Of a DNA stretch of 64,000 bases, positions 38,066 through 47,723 are shown one piece after another; position 1 is the first letter of the stretch; the number at the start of each line of letters is the position of its first letter. This stretch comes from Candidatus Eiseniibacteriota bacterium (GTDB taxonomy: Bacteria > Eisenbacteria > RBG-16-71-46): the NCBI GenBank assembly GCA_963717935.1, contig CAVQXP010000004.1, forward strand, positions 416,001-480,000. The letters run 5' to 3'. The notes below the pieces were generated by a model. It had not been told where the DNA came from and searched no databases. It saw only the letters and a list, made by a program, of their open reading frames with translations. The position numbers and the translations under genes are program-made.

Positions 38066-38225
38066 GCTGGGGGCGGGCGTGGGTCGCAGGCGCCGCCGGG
38101 TGGTAGAATCATGGCTGGATCCACGAACCGAAGTCGTCTGCCACACTCCCGACAGGGGGCCCGCCGTCCTGACCCCGCCCTGCCGAGTCTCCCCGAACCT
38201 CACCCCCGAAAGGCGGGCAGGAAGC

Positions 38226-40973
38226 ATGAAGAAGTGGGCCGGTCTACTCCTCGCTGCAGCACTCATCCTCCCGGCGCTCGTGCCCGCGCAGGCCCGGTCG
38301 GCCATCATCATCTCCGAGCTGTGCGATCCCAATCTCAACTACCTGACGGACCGCTTCATCGAGGTCGCCAACGCCGGCACGGACACGGTGGACCTCGCGG
38401 GTTGGACGTTGATCGCCGTGGGGAACAGCGTCGACATCCAGACCTGGCCCCTCTCGGGCCTGATCGCTCCCGGCCAGGCCAGGGTCTGCGGTAACTCGAC
38501 GACCGTCACCGGTTTCACGGTGGATTTCCCGAGCGCCACCTGGGCGACCAACAACGCCACCTGGAACGGCAAGGTCGGTGACGGCGCGAGGCTGGTGAAC
38601 GCGAGCGCGGTGACGGTGGACTACGCCGTCGTGCCCGGGACCGTCTTCGAGAACATGGACCTGGTCCGCAATCCGAGCATCTACGTGCCGAACACCGCGT
38701 TCACGGCCGCCGAATGGACCGCGACCGCCGTCACGCTGGCCACCGACGCGAGCCCCGGGACGCACGTCCTGAACCCGCGGCCGCCCGGACCGTCCATCAA
38801 GCTGGTCGTCACCGATCCGACGATCCCGCTGGCCGGCGCGGGCGTGAACGTCCAGGCCGCCGTGACCGATTCGGCCGCGACCATCACCTCCGTCACCCTG
38901 CTCTGGGGCACCAGCTCGGGCTCGCTCTCCAACTCGATCCCCATGCCGTGGCTCTCGGACAGCACCTACCGCACCGCGAGCCAGATCCCGGGTCAGGCCG
39001 AGGGCGTGACGATCTACTACAAGGTCCAGGCCAGCGACGCCTCGGTGACCAACCTCTCCGAGTTGAAGAGCTACGCGCTGGACTACGTCAGGACCATCCA
39101 CCAGATCCAGGGCGAGGTCTCGAGCTCCCCCTACAACGGCCTCGGGGTCATCACGCACGGCATCGTCACGGCGGTCTACCCGTCCTACTTCGTGGTGCAG
39201 GACGGGCCCGGTGCGTGGAACGGCCTCTGGGTGCGCAGCAGCGCGACGCCGGCGCGCGGCGACTCGGTCACCGTGCGCGGACTGGTGACGGAGAGCGACG
39301 TGCAGGGCCTCGCCGGCAACACGCTCCTGACGAGCGGGCTCGTGTTGAGCGACGCGCCGGGCGCCACGCTTCCCGCGACCGCCGTCGTCTCCACCGCCAC
39401 CGCGTCGACGGAGGCGTACGAAGGCGTCCTGGTCAAGGCCGCGAACGCGGTCTGCACGGACGCCGCCCTGGGCTCCGGGCAGTGGCTCGTGAACGACGGC
39501 AGCGGCGCCAGCCGCGTGGGCCCGCTGGGCTACGCCTTCACCCCGACCCTCGGCACGACCTACGACGCCACGGGGCCCGTCAACTACAGCGGCGGCGCCT
39601 TCATGATCGAGCCCCGGGACGCCGGCGACGTCGTCTGGGTGGCGGATCACTCCGCACCCGTCGTGGTCGCGCTCTTCGAGGAGAGCGACTCGACCCTGCT
39701 CGTGACCTTCTCCGAGCCGCTCGAGCAGGCCAGCGCCGAGACGCCCGCCCACTACGCCGTCGGCGCGCTGCCCGCGACGGCCGCCGCGTTCGACCCCGCC
39801 CATCCGGCCGAGGTCCTGGTCACCGTGCCCGGCATCCCCGCGGGCCCGGTCACCATCGTCGCCACCGGCGTGGCCGACCTGTACGCGAACGCCACCGCGG
39901 GCGCGACCTGGACCTTCAACTTCGTGGACACGCGCATCCCCGCGGGCTACTACGACAGCGCCCTCGGGTTGCGGGGCACCGCGCTGCGGGCCGCGCTGCA
40001 CGAGATCATCAAGAACCACGCCTCGCAGAGCTACGACTACGCGCTGATCGCCTTCCAGACCACCGACGTCAAGCCCAACCGCAAGGTCTGGGACGTCTAC
40101 TCGGACATCCCGGGCGGCACCCCGCCCTACGAGTACGACTTCGGGCAATCGGGCGGCGGGACCACGGAGGGCGACGGCTGGAACCGTGAGCACTCGTGGC
40201 CGCAGTCCTGGTTCGGCGGTTCGCTGCCGATGTACTCCGACCTGTGGATCCTGTATCCGACCGACGCCAAGGTGAACGAGTACCGCAGCAGCTGGCCGTA
40301 CGGCGACGTCTCCTCCGCGAGCATCACGTCGCTGAACGGGAGCCAGGTCGGACCGTGCTCCGACGACGGTTACACCGGGACCGCGTTCGAGCCGATCGAC
40401 GCCTTCAAGGGCGACCTGGCCCGCAGCTACTTCTACGTGTCCACCCGCTACTACACCGAGGACGCCGCCTGGCCGGGAAGCCCGGCCACGAGCGGCGCGG
40501 ACCTGCTGCCCTGGGCGAACACGGCCTACCTCGCCTGGCACTACAACGACCCCGTGAGCCGCAAGGAACAGTTGCGCAACGGCGCCATCTACGTGATCCA
40601 GCACAACCGCAATCCGTTCGTGGATTACCCCCAGTTCGCGGCGCTGCTCTTCGATTCGACCTCGAGCGCCGCCGTGGGCGACGAGCCGGCCGTGGCGTTC
40701 CGCCTGCACCAGAACGCGCCGAACCCGTTCCACCCGGCGACCACGATCCGTTTCGACCTGCCCCGCCGGGCGCCGGTCAGCCTGCGGATCTACGACGTGG
40801 CGGGCCGGTTGGTGCGCAGCCTGGTGGCGGGGAGCGCGCTGGAGGCGGGCCGCCACGAAGCGGCCTGGGACGGCCGGAGCGAGTCCGGGCAGACCGTCGG
40901 CGCGGGGCTCTACTTCTACCGCCTGCAGGCCGGAGCGTTCAGCGAGACGCGGCGGATGGTGTTCACGAACTGA
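38226..40973 (+). CDS. Secreted endonuclease I (EndA/NucM/Bsn-like) with LTD, Ig-like and OB-fold domains and an FlgD-Ig/T9SS-type CTD
   Basis: Signal peptide; LTD (IIISEL..RFIEVAN); TIHQIQG OB-fold; WNREHSWPQSW, KGDLARSYFY, NRNPFVD; CTD QNAPNPF..IYDVAGRLV..GLYFYRL. Confidence 0.9.
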   Translation: MKKWAGLLLAAALILPALVPAQARSAIIISELCDPNLNYLTDRFIEVANAGTDTVDLAGWTLIAVGNSVDIQTWPLSGLIAPGQARVCGNSTTVTGFTVDFPSATWATNNATWNGKVGDGARLVNASAVTVDYAVVPGTVFENMDLVRNPSIYVPNTAFTAAEWTATAVTLATDASPGTHVLNPRPPGPSIKLVVTDPTIPLAGAGVNVQAAVTDSAATITSVTLLWGTSSGSLSNSIPMPWLSDSTYRTASQIPGQAEGVTIYYKVQASDASVTNLSELKSYALDYVRTIHQIQGEVSSSPYNGLGVITHGIVTAVYPSYFVVQDGPGAWNGLWVRSSATPARGDSVTVRGLVTESDVQGLAGNTLLTSGLVLSDAPGATLPATAVVSTATASTEAYEGVLVKAANAVCTDAALGSGQWLVNDGSGASRVGPLGYAFTPTLGTTYDATGPVNYSGGAFMIEPRDAGDVVWVADHSAPVVVALFEESDSTLLVTFSEPLEQASAETPAHYAVGALPATAAAFDPAHPAEVLVTVPGIPAGPVTIVATGVADLYANATAGATWTFNFVDTRIPAGYYDSALGLRGTALRAALHEIIKNHASQSYDYALIAFQTTDVKPNRKVWDVYSDIPGGTPPYEYDFGQSGGGTTEGDGWNREHSWPQSWFGGSLPMYSDLWILYPTDAKVNEYRSSWPYGDVSSASITSLNGSQVGPCSDDGYTGTAFEPIDAFKGDLARSYFYVSTRYYTEDAAWPGSPATSGADLLPWANTAYLAWHYNDPVSRKEQLRNGAIYVIQHNRNPFVDYPQFAALLFDSTSSAAVGDEPAVAFRLHQNAPNPFHPATTIRFDLPRRAPVSLRIYDVAGRLVRSLVAGSALEAGRHEAAWDGRSESGQTVGAGLYFYRLQAGAFSETRRMVFTN

Positions 40974-40994
40974 CCGGGACGCCAGGGCAGCGCA

Positions 40995-41037
40995 GACGGC
41001 GGGGGCGGTTGGAGGGTCTCTCCAGCCGCCCCCCGTC
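40995..41037 (+). terminator. Hairpin after the nuclease gene
   Basis: GGGGCGGTTGGAG / CTCCAGCCGCCCC stem with flanking GACGG/CCGTC. Confidence 0.6.
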
Positions 41038-41272
41038 GCAGCGCCCCGGCCACGCCCGTGACACCTCCGCGGTCGGGGAGCCGCGCCATTCCCGCGCGGG
41101 GCCCACGGGGCGACACCGGCTGCTATCTATGCGCCCGCCGGCCGTGCCGGCTTCATCCTTCCCGGCACGGGACCGGCCGGAAGCCCGGTGATCTGCCGGT
41201 CATCCTCCCGACGGGACCATCCCACAACACGTTAGACCGGCTGAACGGCCGCGGCATCCCAAAGCCTGGCCC

Positions 41273-41288
41273 CGGCAGACGGCTTGCA
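41273..41288 (+). promoter_or_regulatory. Candidate sigma54 promoter
   Basis: CGGCAGACGGCTTGCA (GG-N10-GC, TTGCA) about 95 nt upstream of the Lon-like gene. Confidence 0.5.
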
Positions 41289-41383
41289 TATCGCAAGTGA
41301 CGGGCACCGCCCCGTCGAGGGTCCCGGAGGTTCTCTCCTCGACCCTGAGAACCCTGCGCCCACAGCCCAGCGACGGAGGAGAC

Positions 41384-43229
41384 ATGCCCAGACACCTGCG
41401 CTCCCCGGCCAACCCGAAGGGCCCCGCCCGCGGCATGCGCGCCTCCGCCCTGCCCGAACGCGCGAGCCCGGAGGGGCCGCAGTCGGCCCGGTTGACCGAA
41501 GTCGCAGGCCTGCCGGCCGAGGTGTCGCGCCAGGCGCAGCGCGAGATGGACCGGCTGCGCCGCCTTCCGCCCGGCTCGCCCGAGGCGGGCCAGGCACGCA
41601 CCTACCTGCAGTGGCTCTGGGCCCTGCCGTGGGAGCGCTCGGCCCCCGAGGACGCGAACCTGAAGCGGGTCGAGGCGACGCTCAACCGCGAACACTTCGG
41701 CCTGGCCAAGGCCAAGGAGCGCATCATCGAGTACCTCGCGGTGCGCCGGCTCAAGCCCGATCTGCCCGGCCCCGCGTTGTGCCTGGTCGGCCCGCCGGGG
41801 ACCGGCAAGTCCTCGCTCGCCGCCGCCGTGGCGCACGCGCTGCACCGGCCCTTCGTGCGGCTGGGCGTGTCCGGCGCGGGCGAGATCGGCGGCCTGCGTG
41901 GCGTGCCGCGCGCGCTGCCGGGCGCCCAGCCCGGCAAGATCGTCAGGGCGCTGCGCGAGGCCGGCGTGCGCAACCCCGTGATCATGATCGACGGGGTGGA
42001 CCGGCTCGCCGGAGAGACCGGGCTCGGCGCGTTCGAGACCCTGCTCGAGTTGCTCGACCCCGCCAGCAGTGCGCGCTTCATCGACCAGTACCTGGGGCTG
42101 CCGCTCGACCTGTCGCACGCCGTGCTGCTGCTGTGCGCCAACAACGCCGAACTGGTGCCCGAGCCGCTCCAGGACCGCCTCGAATTGATCGAGGTGCCCG
42201 GCTACGGCGAGACCGAGAAGCTCAGGGTCGCGCGCCGCTTCCTGGTCCCGCGTCTGCTGCGCGAGCACGGGCTCGGCCCGGGCGACCTGCGGCTGACCGA
42301 CGGGGCCCTTCGCGCCATCGTTCGCCAGTACACGCTCGAGGCCGGAGTGCGCGGGCTCGCGCGCCAGATCGCGACCGTGTGCCGCAAGGTGGCGCGTCGC
42401 CCGCGCGACCGGCGACGCGAAGCGGCACGTCGTGACGCCGCGCCGGCTCGAGCGTTACCTGGGCCATCGGCTGTTCACGCTCGAGACCGCGGGCAAGAAC
42501 GACGAGGTCGGCGTGGCCACGGGGCTCGCCTGGACCTCGACCGGCGGCGAGATCCTCACCGTCGAGGCGCTCAAGATGCCCGGCGAGGGCCGCGTCGTCA
42601 CCACCGGCCAGCTCGGCGAGGTGATGAAGGAGTCCGTGCAGGCCGCGCACTCCTACGTGCGTTCGCGCGCCGACGTGCTGCAGATCGACGCGCAGGCGTT
42701 CGCCGACTACGACATCCACATCCACTTCCCCGCAGCCGGCGTGCCCAAGGACGGCCCCTCGGCGGGTATCACCGTGGGGCTCGTGATCGCCTCGGTGCTG
42801 AGCGACCGGCCCATCCGCCACGACGTGGCGATGACCGGCGAGGTGAGCCTGCGCGGCAAGGTGCTCGCCGTGGGCGGCCTGCGCGACAAGGCGCTGGCCG
42901 CGCACCGCGCCGGCTTCCGCGCCATGCTCTACCCGGCGATCAACGAGAAGGACCTCGAGGACGTCCCGTCCGACGTGCGCGACCGGCTCGAGATGGTGCC
43001 GGTGGCGACCATGGACGACGTGTTCGCCGTGGCCCTGCACCGCGTCATCGTGCCGCGCCGGGTCGGCGACGAATACGTCATCGAGGTGAACGAGGACGAC
43101 GTGCTGCCGGGCACGGAGGGCGAGGACGGCGCGGAGGCCGTGGAGAACGCGGAGGCGTCCGCCGCGGAGACCGCGCCGGAGCCGCCACCCCGGCGCAGGC
43201 TGCTGGGGCCGGACGGCAACGAGCTGTAG
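41384..43229 (+). CDS. lon: Lon-type protease (S16) without N-terminal domain; one frameshift at 42400-42402
   Basis: GGAGGAG RBS; LPW, HFGLAKAKERI, GPPGTGKS, YTLEAGVR; protease GLAWT, PKDGPSAG, AMTGEVSLRG, GGLRDK. Removing one C at 42400-42402 joins the two ORFs (about 614 aa). Confidence 0.85.
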
Positions 43230-43460
43230 CGGGGTGGACGGAGAGGACCGCGCCCGGGACGGCGGCCCGGCGGCACGTTAGGCGCCGGACGGAGTGCCCG
43301 GTAGAATGGGATCGTGAGACTCGCGGCACGGGCTCCCCGCTTCCCGCCCGGCGATCCCGCGTCCGGGCCCGGGCCGGCGACCCCGAGGGAGACCGTGCGG
43401 AGCCTTCTCGCCGCCAGCGCCTGACTCGACTCTGCCGATTCCCATCGTCCCGGAGAAGCC

Positions 43461-44240
43461 ATGTTCCGTGACAAGAAGGTCGTCGTCGTCATGCCCGCCT
43501 ACAATTCCGCGCGGACGCTGCGGCGGACCCACGAGGAGGTCCTGGCCCAGGAGGTCGTGGACCTCGTCATCGTGGTGGATGACGCGAGCCACGACGACAC
43601 CGTGGCCGTCGCCCGCACGCTGCCCAGGACCCGGGTCGAGATCCATCCGCAGAACCGGGGCTACGGCGCCAACCAGAAGACCTCGTACCGCCTCGCGCTC
43701 GAACAGGGCGCCGACATCGTGATCATGGTGCACCCCGACTACCAGTACACGCCGAAGCTCATCCCGGCGATGGTCGCCCTGATCGGAAACGGCCTCTACC
43801 CCTGCGTCCTGGGCTCGCGCATCCTGGGCGGCCACGCCATCGGTGGTGGCATGCCCTGGTGGCGCTACATCGCGAACCGCTTCCTCACCCTGGCCGAGAA
43901 CTTCCTGCTGGGCTCCAAGCTGTCCGAGTTTCACACCGGCTACCGGGCCTTCTCGCGGGACCTGCTCGAGCGCCTGCCGCTGGAGCGGAACTCGGACGAC
44001 TTCGTCTTCGACAACCAGGTGCTCGCGCAGGTCCTCTGGCTCGGGGACCAGATCGCCGAGGTGTCCTGCCCGACGAGTTACTTCGCCGAGGCCTCTTCGA
44101 TCAACTTCGTCCGCTCGGTGCGCTACGGCTTCGGCTGCCTCGCCACCGGGCTGGCCTTCCGTCTGGCCCGGTGGGGGCTGCGCTCGTCCTCGCTCTTCCC
44201 CGGTCCCCCGGGGCGGCGTGGCGCGCGCGAAGCCCGCTGA
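43461..44240 (+). CDS. Glycosyltransferase family 2 (polyprenol-phosphate sugar synthase-like)
   Basis: VMPAYN, VVDDAS.D, NRGYG, HPDYQY, GSR, HTGYRAF. Confidence 0.92.
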   Translation: MFRDKKVVVVMPAYNSARTLRRTHEEVLAQEVVDLVIVVDDASHDDTVAVARTLPRTRVEIHPQNRGYGANQKTSYRLALEQGADIVIMVHPDYQYTPKLIPAMVALIGNGLYPCVLGSRILGGHAIGGGMPWWRYIANRFLTLAENFLLGSKLSEFHTGYRAFSRDLLERLPLERNSDDFVFDNQVLAQVLWLGDQIAEVSCPTSYFAEASSINFVRSVRYGFGCLATGLAFRLARWGLRSSSLFPGPPGRRGAREAR

Positions 44241-44309
44241 CCGGCCGGCGCCGCTTCCCCGGCCACGACCGGGGTCGCCCGAACGACCGGCCGCGCGCGA
44301 CGGCGGACA

Positions 44310-45529
44310 TCAGGTAGAGCGCGACGCCGTGGCGCCCGACCTCGCGTAGTGCTCGCGCAGGCGGCGCGCGGCCTCGACCACGTCTTCCTTCCGCGTCGCG
44401 AGCGAGAACCGCACGCGCTCCGGGTATGGGCCGAAGGCGGTGCCGGGCAGCACCGCGACGCCCAATTCGAGCCACTCGCGCACCAGGTCCCACACCGTGC
44501 GCCGCTCGAGCGCGGCCGAGACGTCGGCGAAGACGTAGAACGCCCCGGCGGGCCTCGGCGCGCGCACGGCGTGCTGGCCCTCGAGCCCGGCGAACAGCGT
44601 GTCGCGTCGCGCCTGGTAGGCGCGCCGCATCGTGTCCACCACGCCCTGCGGGCCCCGCAGCGCCGCGAGACCGGCGATCTGCACCGCGGGGAACACGCCG
44701 TAGGTGGTGAGCGCGCAGAGCGTCGGCCCCAGCACCGGGCGCAGCGCCGGCGGCGAGACCGCGTAGCCCGAGGCGCCAGCCGGTCATGGCGTAGGACTTG
44801 GAGAAGAGAAGACGGTCACGGTGCGCGCGGACATGCCGGGCAGCGCCGCGATGCTCACGTGCGTGGCGTCGTCGAAGAGGATGTGCTCGTAGGCCTCGTC
44901 GCTCACCACCCACAGGTCGTGCTCGCGCGCCACTTCCGCGATGGCCTCGAGCTGCTCGTGCGTGAGCACCGCGCCGGTCGGGTTGTTGGGCGTGTTGACG
45001 TAGAGCCCGCGCGTCTCGGGCCGCAGGCTCGCGCGCAAGCCGGGTCGCGAGACCCGCGGGCGCGAGGGTGTCCTCCATGAGGTCGAGGTACGCCGGCACG
45101 GCGCGCCAGCGCGCGCCTTCGACCAGGCCGAGCATGCGCGGCAGCATCATCCAGTAGGGCGAGAGCAGCAGGACCTCGTCGCCGGGCGAGAGCAGCGCCT
45201 GGAAGACCATCGAGAGCGCATGCGTCGCGCCCGCGGTGATGACCACGTCCTCGGGATGGCAGGCAGATGCCGTTCTCGAGCGAGAGCTTCTCGGCCAGCG
45301 CCACGCGCAGCGGCAGCGCGCCGCCGGGATTCGCGTAGTGGGTCTCGCCCGCGCGCGCCGCGGCAGCGAGCGCCTCGACGATGTGAGGTGGCGTGTCGAA
45401 ATCGGGCTCGCCGCGCTCCAGGTGCAGGATGTGCTGCCCTTCGGCCTCGCGCACCGCCGCGGCGGTCATCACCTGGGCCAGGTCGGAAGCCGTACGGAAC
45501 ACCTCGCGGTCGGCGACGAGCCGGGGCAT
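44310..45529 (-). pseudogene. Class I/II PLP aminotransferase split by 4 frameshifts (probably sequence errors)
   Basis: GEPDFDTP, NTPNNPTG, SDEAY and FSKSYAMTGWRLG lie in successive frames; shifts near 45265, 45037, 44806 and 44768. Confidence 0.85.
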
Positions 45530-45624
45530 GCGCCATCCCTCCGGGGAGAGTAGGAGTGGGGGACAGGGGGAATCTTACCACGCGGGAGACCCGTGGCGGC
45601 CGAAGCGCCCGTGGCAGCCCCTGG

Positions 45625-45640
45625 CGGCACACGCCTTGCC
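45625..45640 (+). promoter_or_regulatory. Candidate sigma54 promoter
   Basis: CGGCACACGCCTTGCC about 50 nt upstream of GTG 45689. Confidence 0.55.
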
Positions 45641-45688
45641 TTTCCCCGGCGTCCGCTACCCATCGGCACTCTCAAGGAGGGACCTCCC

Positions 45689-47149
45689 GTGTCCAAGTTC
45701 GACCTGCGCGACATCTCGGACCGCCTGACGGGGTCTCGGGACACCGAGGCCTTGGTTTTCGAGTTCCTGGGCTATCTGCAAGCGGTACACCCGGATTGGC
45801 GCGCCTCGCTGGCCTTCTACGAGGTCAGCCGGGACGCCCTGGTCAACGTCTACCACCGCGCGGGCCAGCGGCTCGTCCGCCGGGACATCGACCTGCCGGT
45901 GGACGAGCTGCCGGCCCGGCTCGTGCGAAAGTTCTTCCACCCCAGTGCATTTTTCAATCATGCGGAGCGCCGCTCCCTCCTGACCCACGTCTTCGGCGCC
46001 TCGCCCGTCCTACGAGCCCGACCCCCTCGAGGCCCCCGGACTGACCGCCCTGACCGCCACCGATTTCTGGCAGGCGTGCGTCTGCCTGCCCATGGCGGAC
46101 GCCGAGGACGTGCTCGCCCTGCTGGTGATCGTGAGCGAGAAGCGCGGCGCCTTCGGCGGCAAGGCGATCTCCGACCTGATCCCGGTCAAGAGCATGGCCG
46201 CGCTCGCGCTGGCCCAGCACCTCCACCGCGCCGGGCGCACGCGCGCCACCGACCCGGCCATGCCCGCGGCCGCCGCCGAATTCCAGGACCGCATCCAGCA
46301 GCTGCACGCGCACAGCGAGCAACTCGAGGCGGAGAACCAGACCAAGGCCCAGCAGCTCGAAGCGCTGGCGCAGGAGATCGAGCAGCTCGACAAGAACTCG
46401 ACCCAGTACCAGCAGGAGCTGGAACGCGTGAAGTCGGCGCTGTTCGCGCTCGAGGAACAGGCGGGGGCCGCGACCGGGCACCTGACCGACGCCTACTCCG
46501 AGCTGAACTCGACGCAGCGCCAAGGCCGCCGAGCTGCAGCGCACCGTGGGCTTCATGAAGGACGTCTTCCAGCTGCTCGCGCAGGAACACGATCCGGGCC
46601 GCGCTGCCCGACACGCTGGTCCAGTGGTTCTGCGAGCACTTCCAGATCGAGCGCTGCAGCCTGATGCTGCTCGACGCCCAGAAGGAGACGCTCTCGATCG
46701 CCGCCCAGCGCGGCATCGACCCGGCCGTGGCGGGCAAGGTGAAGGTGCGCCTGGGACAGGGCATCGCCGGCTGGGTGGCGCACAACCGCAAGCCGCTGTT
46801 CGTGCGGGTGCGCGACGACGCCGACCCGCCGCTGCACACCGACCAGGACGCCTACAACTCCGACTCCTTCATCTGCGTGCCGCTCACCTACAACGACCGG
46901 GTCTGCGGCGTGCTCAACCTGAGCAACAAGCGCGACGGCGAGGTGTTCGACGAGTTCGACCTGGACCGCGCGATGCTGGCGGGCTCGATCATCGCCATGA
47001 CACTGGGCGGCCAGGAACAGGTGCGCCGGGCGGCGACGCACGACCTGGGCGTAGGCGACCGACCCGGAGCAAGACGACGGCCCGGCACCTTCCTGGTGCC
47101 GGGCCGCGTCGTTCGGGACGGCCTGAGTGGGTGCGAATCCCTTCTCTAG
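45689..47149 (+). pseudogene. GAF-like + coiled coil + GAF protein split by 3 frameshifts (probably sequence errors)
   Basis: AAGGAGG RBS and GTG start; extra bases near 46005, 46520 and 46597. C-terminal GAF: CSLMLLD..GQGIAGWVA..SFICVPL..GVLNLSNK. The true 3' end is uncertain. Confidence 0.75.
47078..47106. terminator. Hairpin at the convergent junction
   Basis: 12-bp stem CGGCCCGGCACC/GGTGCCGGGCCG with a 5-nt loop. Confidence 0.55.
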
Positions 47150-47715
47150 AAGGCCTTCCGCCCCGCGATCACGATGGCTTCGAGCGTGCTCAGCTCGATG
47201 CGGCCGTTGAGCGGATCACCCGCTCTCGGGGCCGCGCAACGACGTCGTCACGCTGAGTCTCATCCTGCGCTGAACGAACAGCTCCGCCACCCGCGATTCC
47301 GCGGGCACCGTCACGTTCAGCGTGGTGTCCTGGCCCGCGGCGAGCTTCACCACGGCCTCCACCACCGGGCGGCGTCGCGAGCGGGTGGGTGTCCTCGTCG
47401 CTGGCGTAGATGCGCAGCGTGTCCGAGCCGGACCCCGTCGAGTCGTGCGCGAACACCGACAGCACGATCGAGACCGACTGGACTTCGGCCACGCTGCTCA
47501 GGCCTTCGAGCAGCTGGATGGTCTCGTCGTCCACGAGTGCCTGCTCGCCGCTGACGATGGCGGGCCGACGACGCCGGCACCGGCCCGATGGCCGCGGTCC
47601 GCAGCGCGGGGTCGAGGTAGCTGAGCACATCCACTTTGAGCACGAGGTTGTGGTCACCGCAACCCGTCAGGGCCAGTGCGGCCACCGCGATGACGATGAG
47701 TGCACGCGTGCGCAT
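47146..47715 (-). pseudogene. Lipoprotein split by 3 frameshifts (probably sequence errors)
   Basis: GGAGG RBS; MRTRALIVIAVAALALTGC lipobox; shifts near 47570, 47367 and 47220; ends EAIVIAGRKAF*. Confidence 0.65.
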
Positions 47716-47723
47716 GGCGCCTC

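Noticed and set aside
35314..38071. Integron cassette array or diversity-generating retroelement
   Set aside because: No integrase or reverse transcriptase, no attC-type RYYYAAC/GTTRRRY boxes, each unit has its own promoter, and differences are not adenine-specific.
42395..42435. Programmed frameshift in lon
   Set aside because: No slippery heptamer. A single extra C in a short run matches the local error pattern.
47146..47149. Shared CTAG used as the stop codon by both convergent genes
   Set aside because: The plus-strand tail runs through a terminator-like hairpin and looks non-coding. The true stop may be the TAG at 47052-47054 after another indel.
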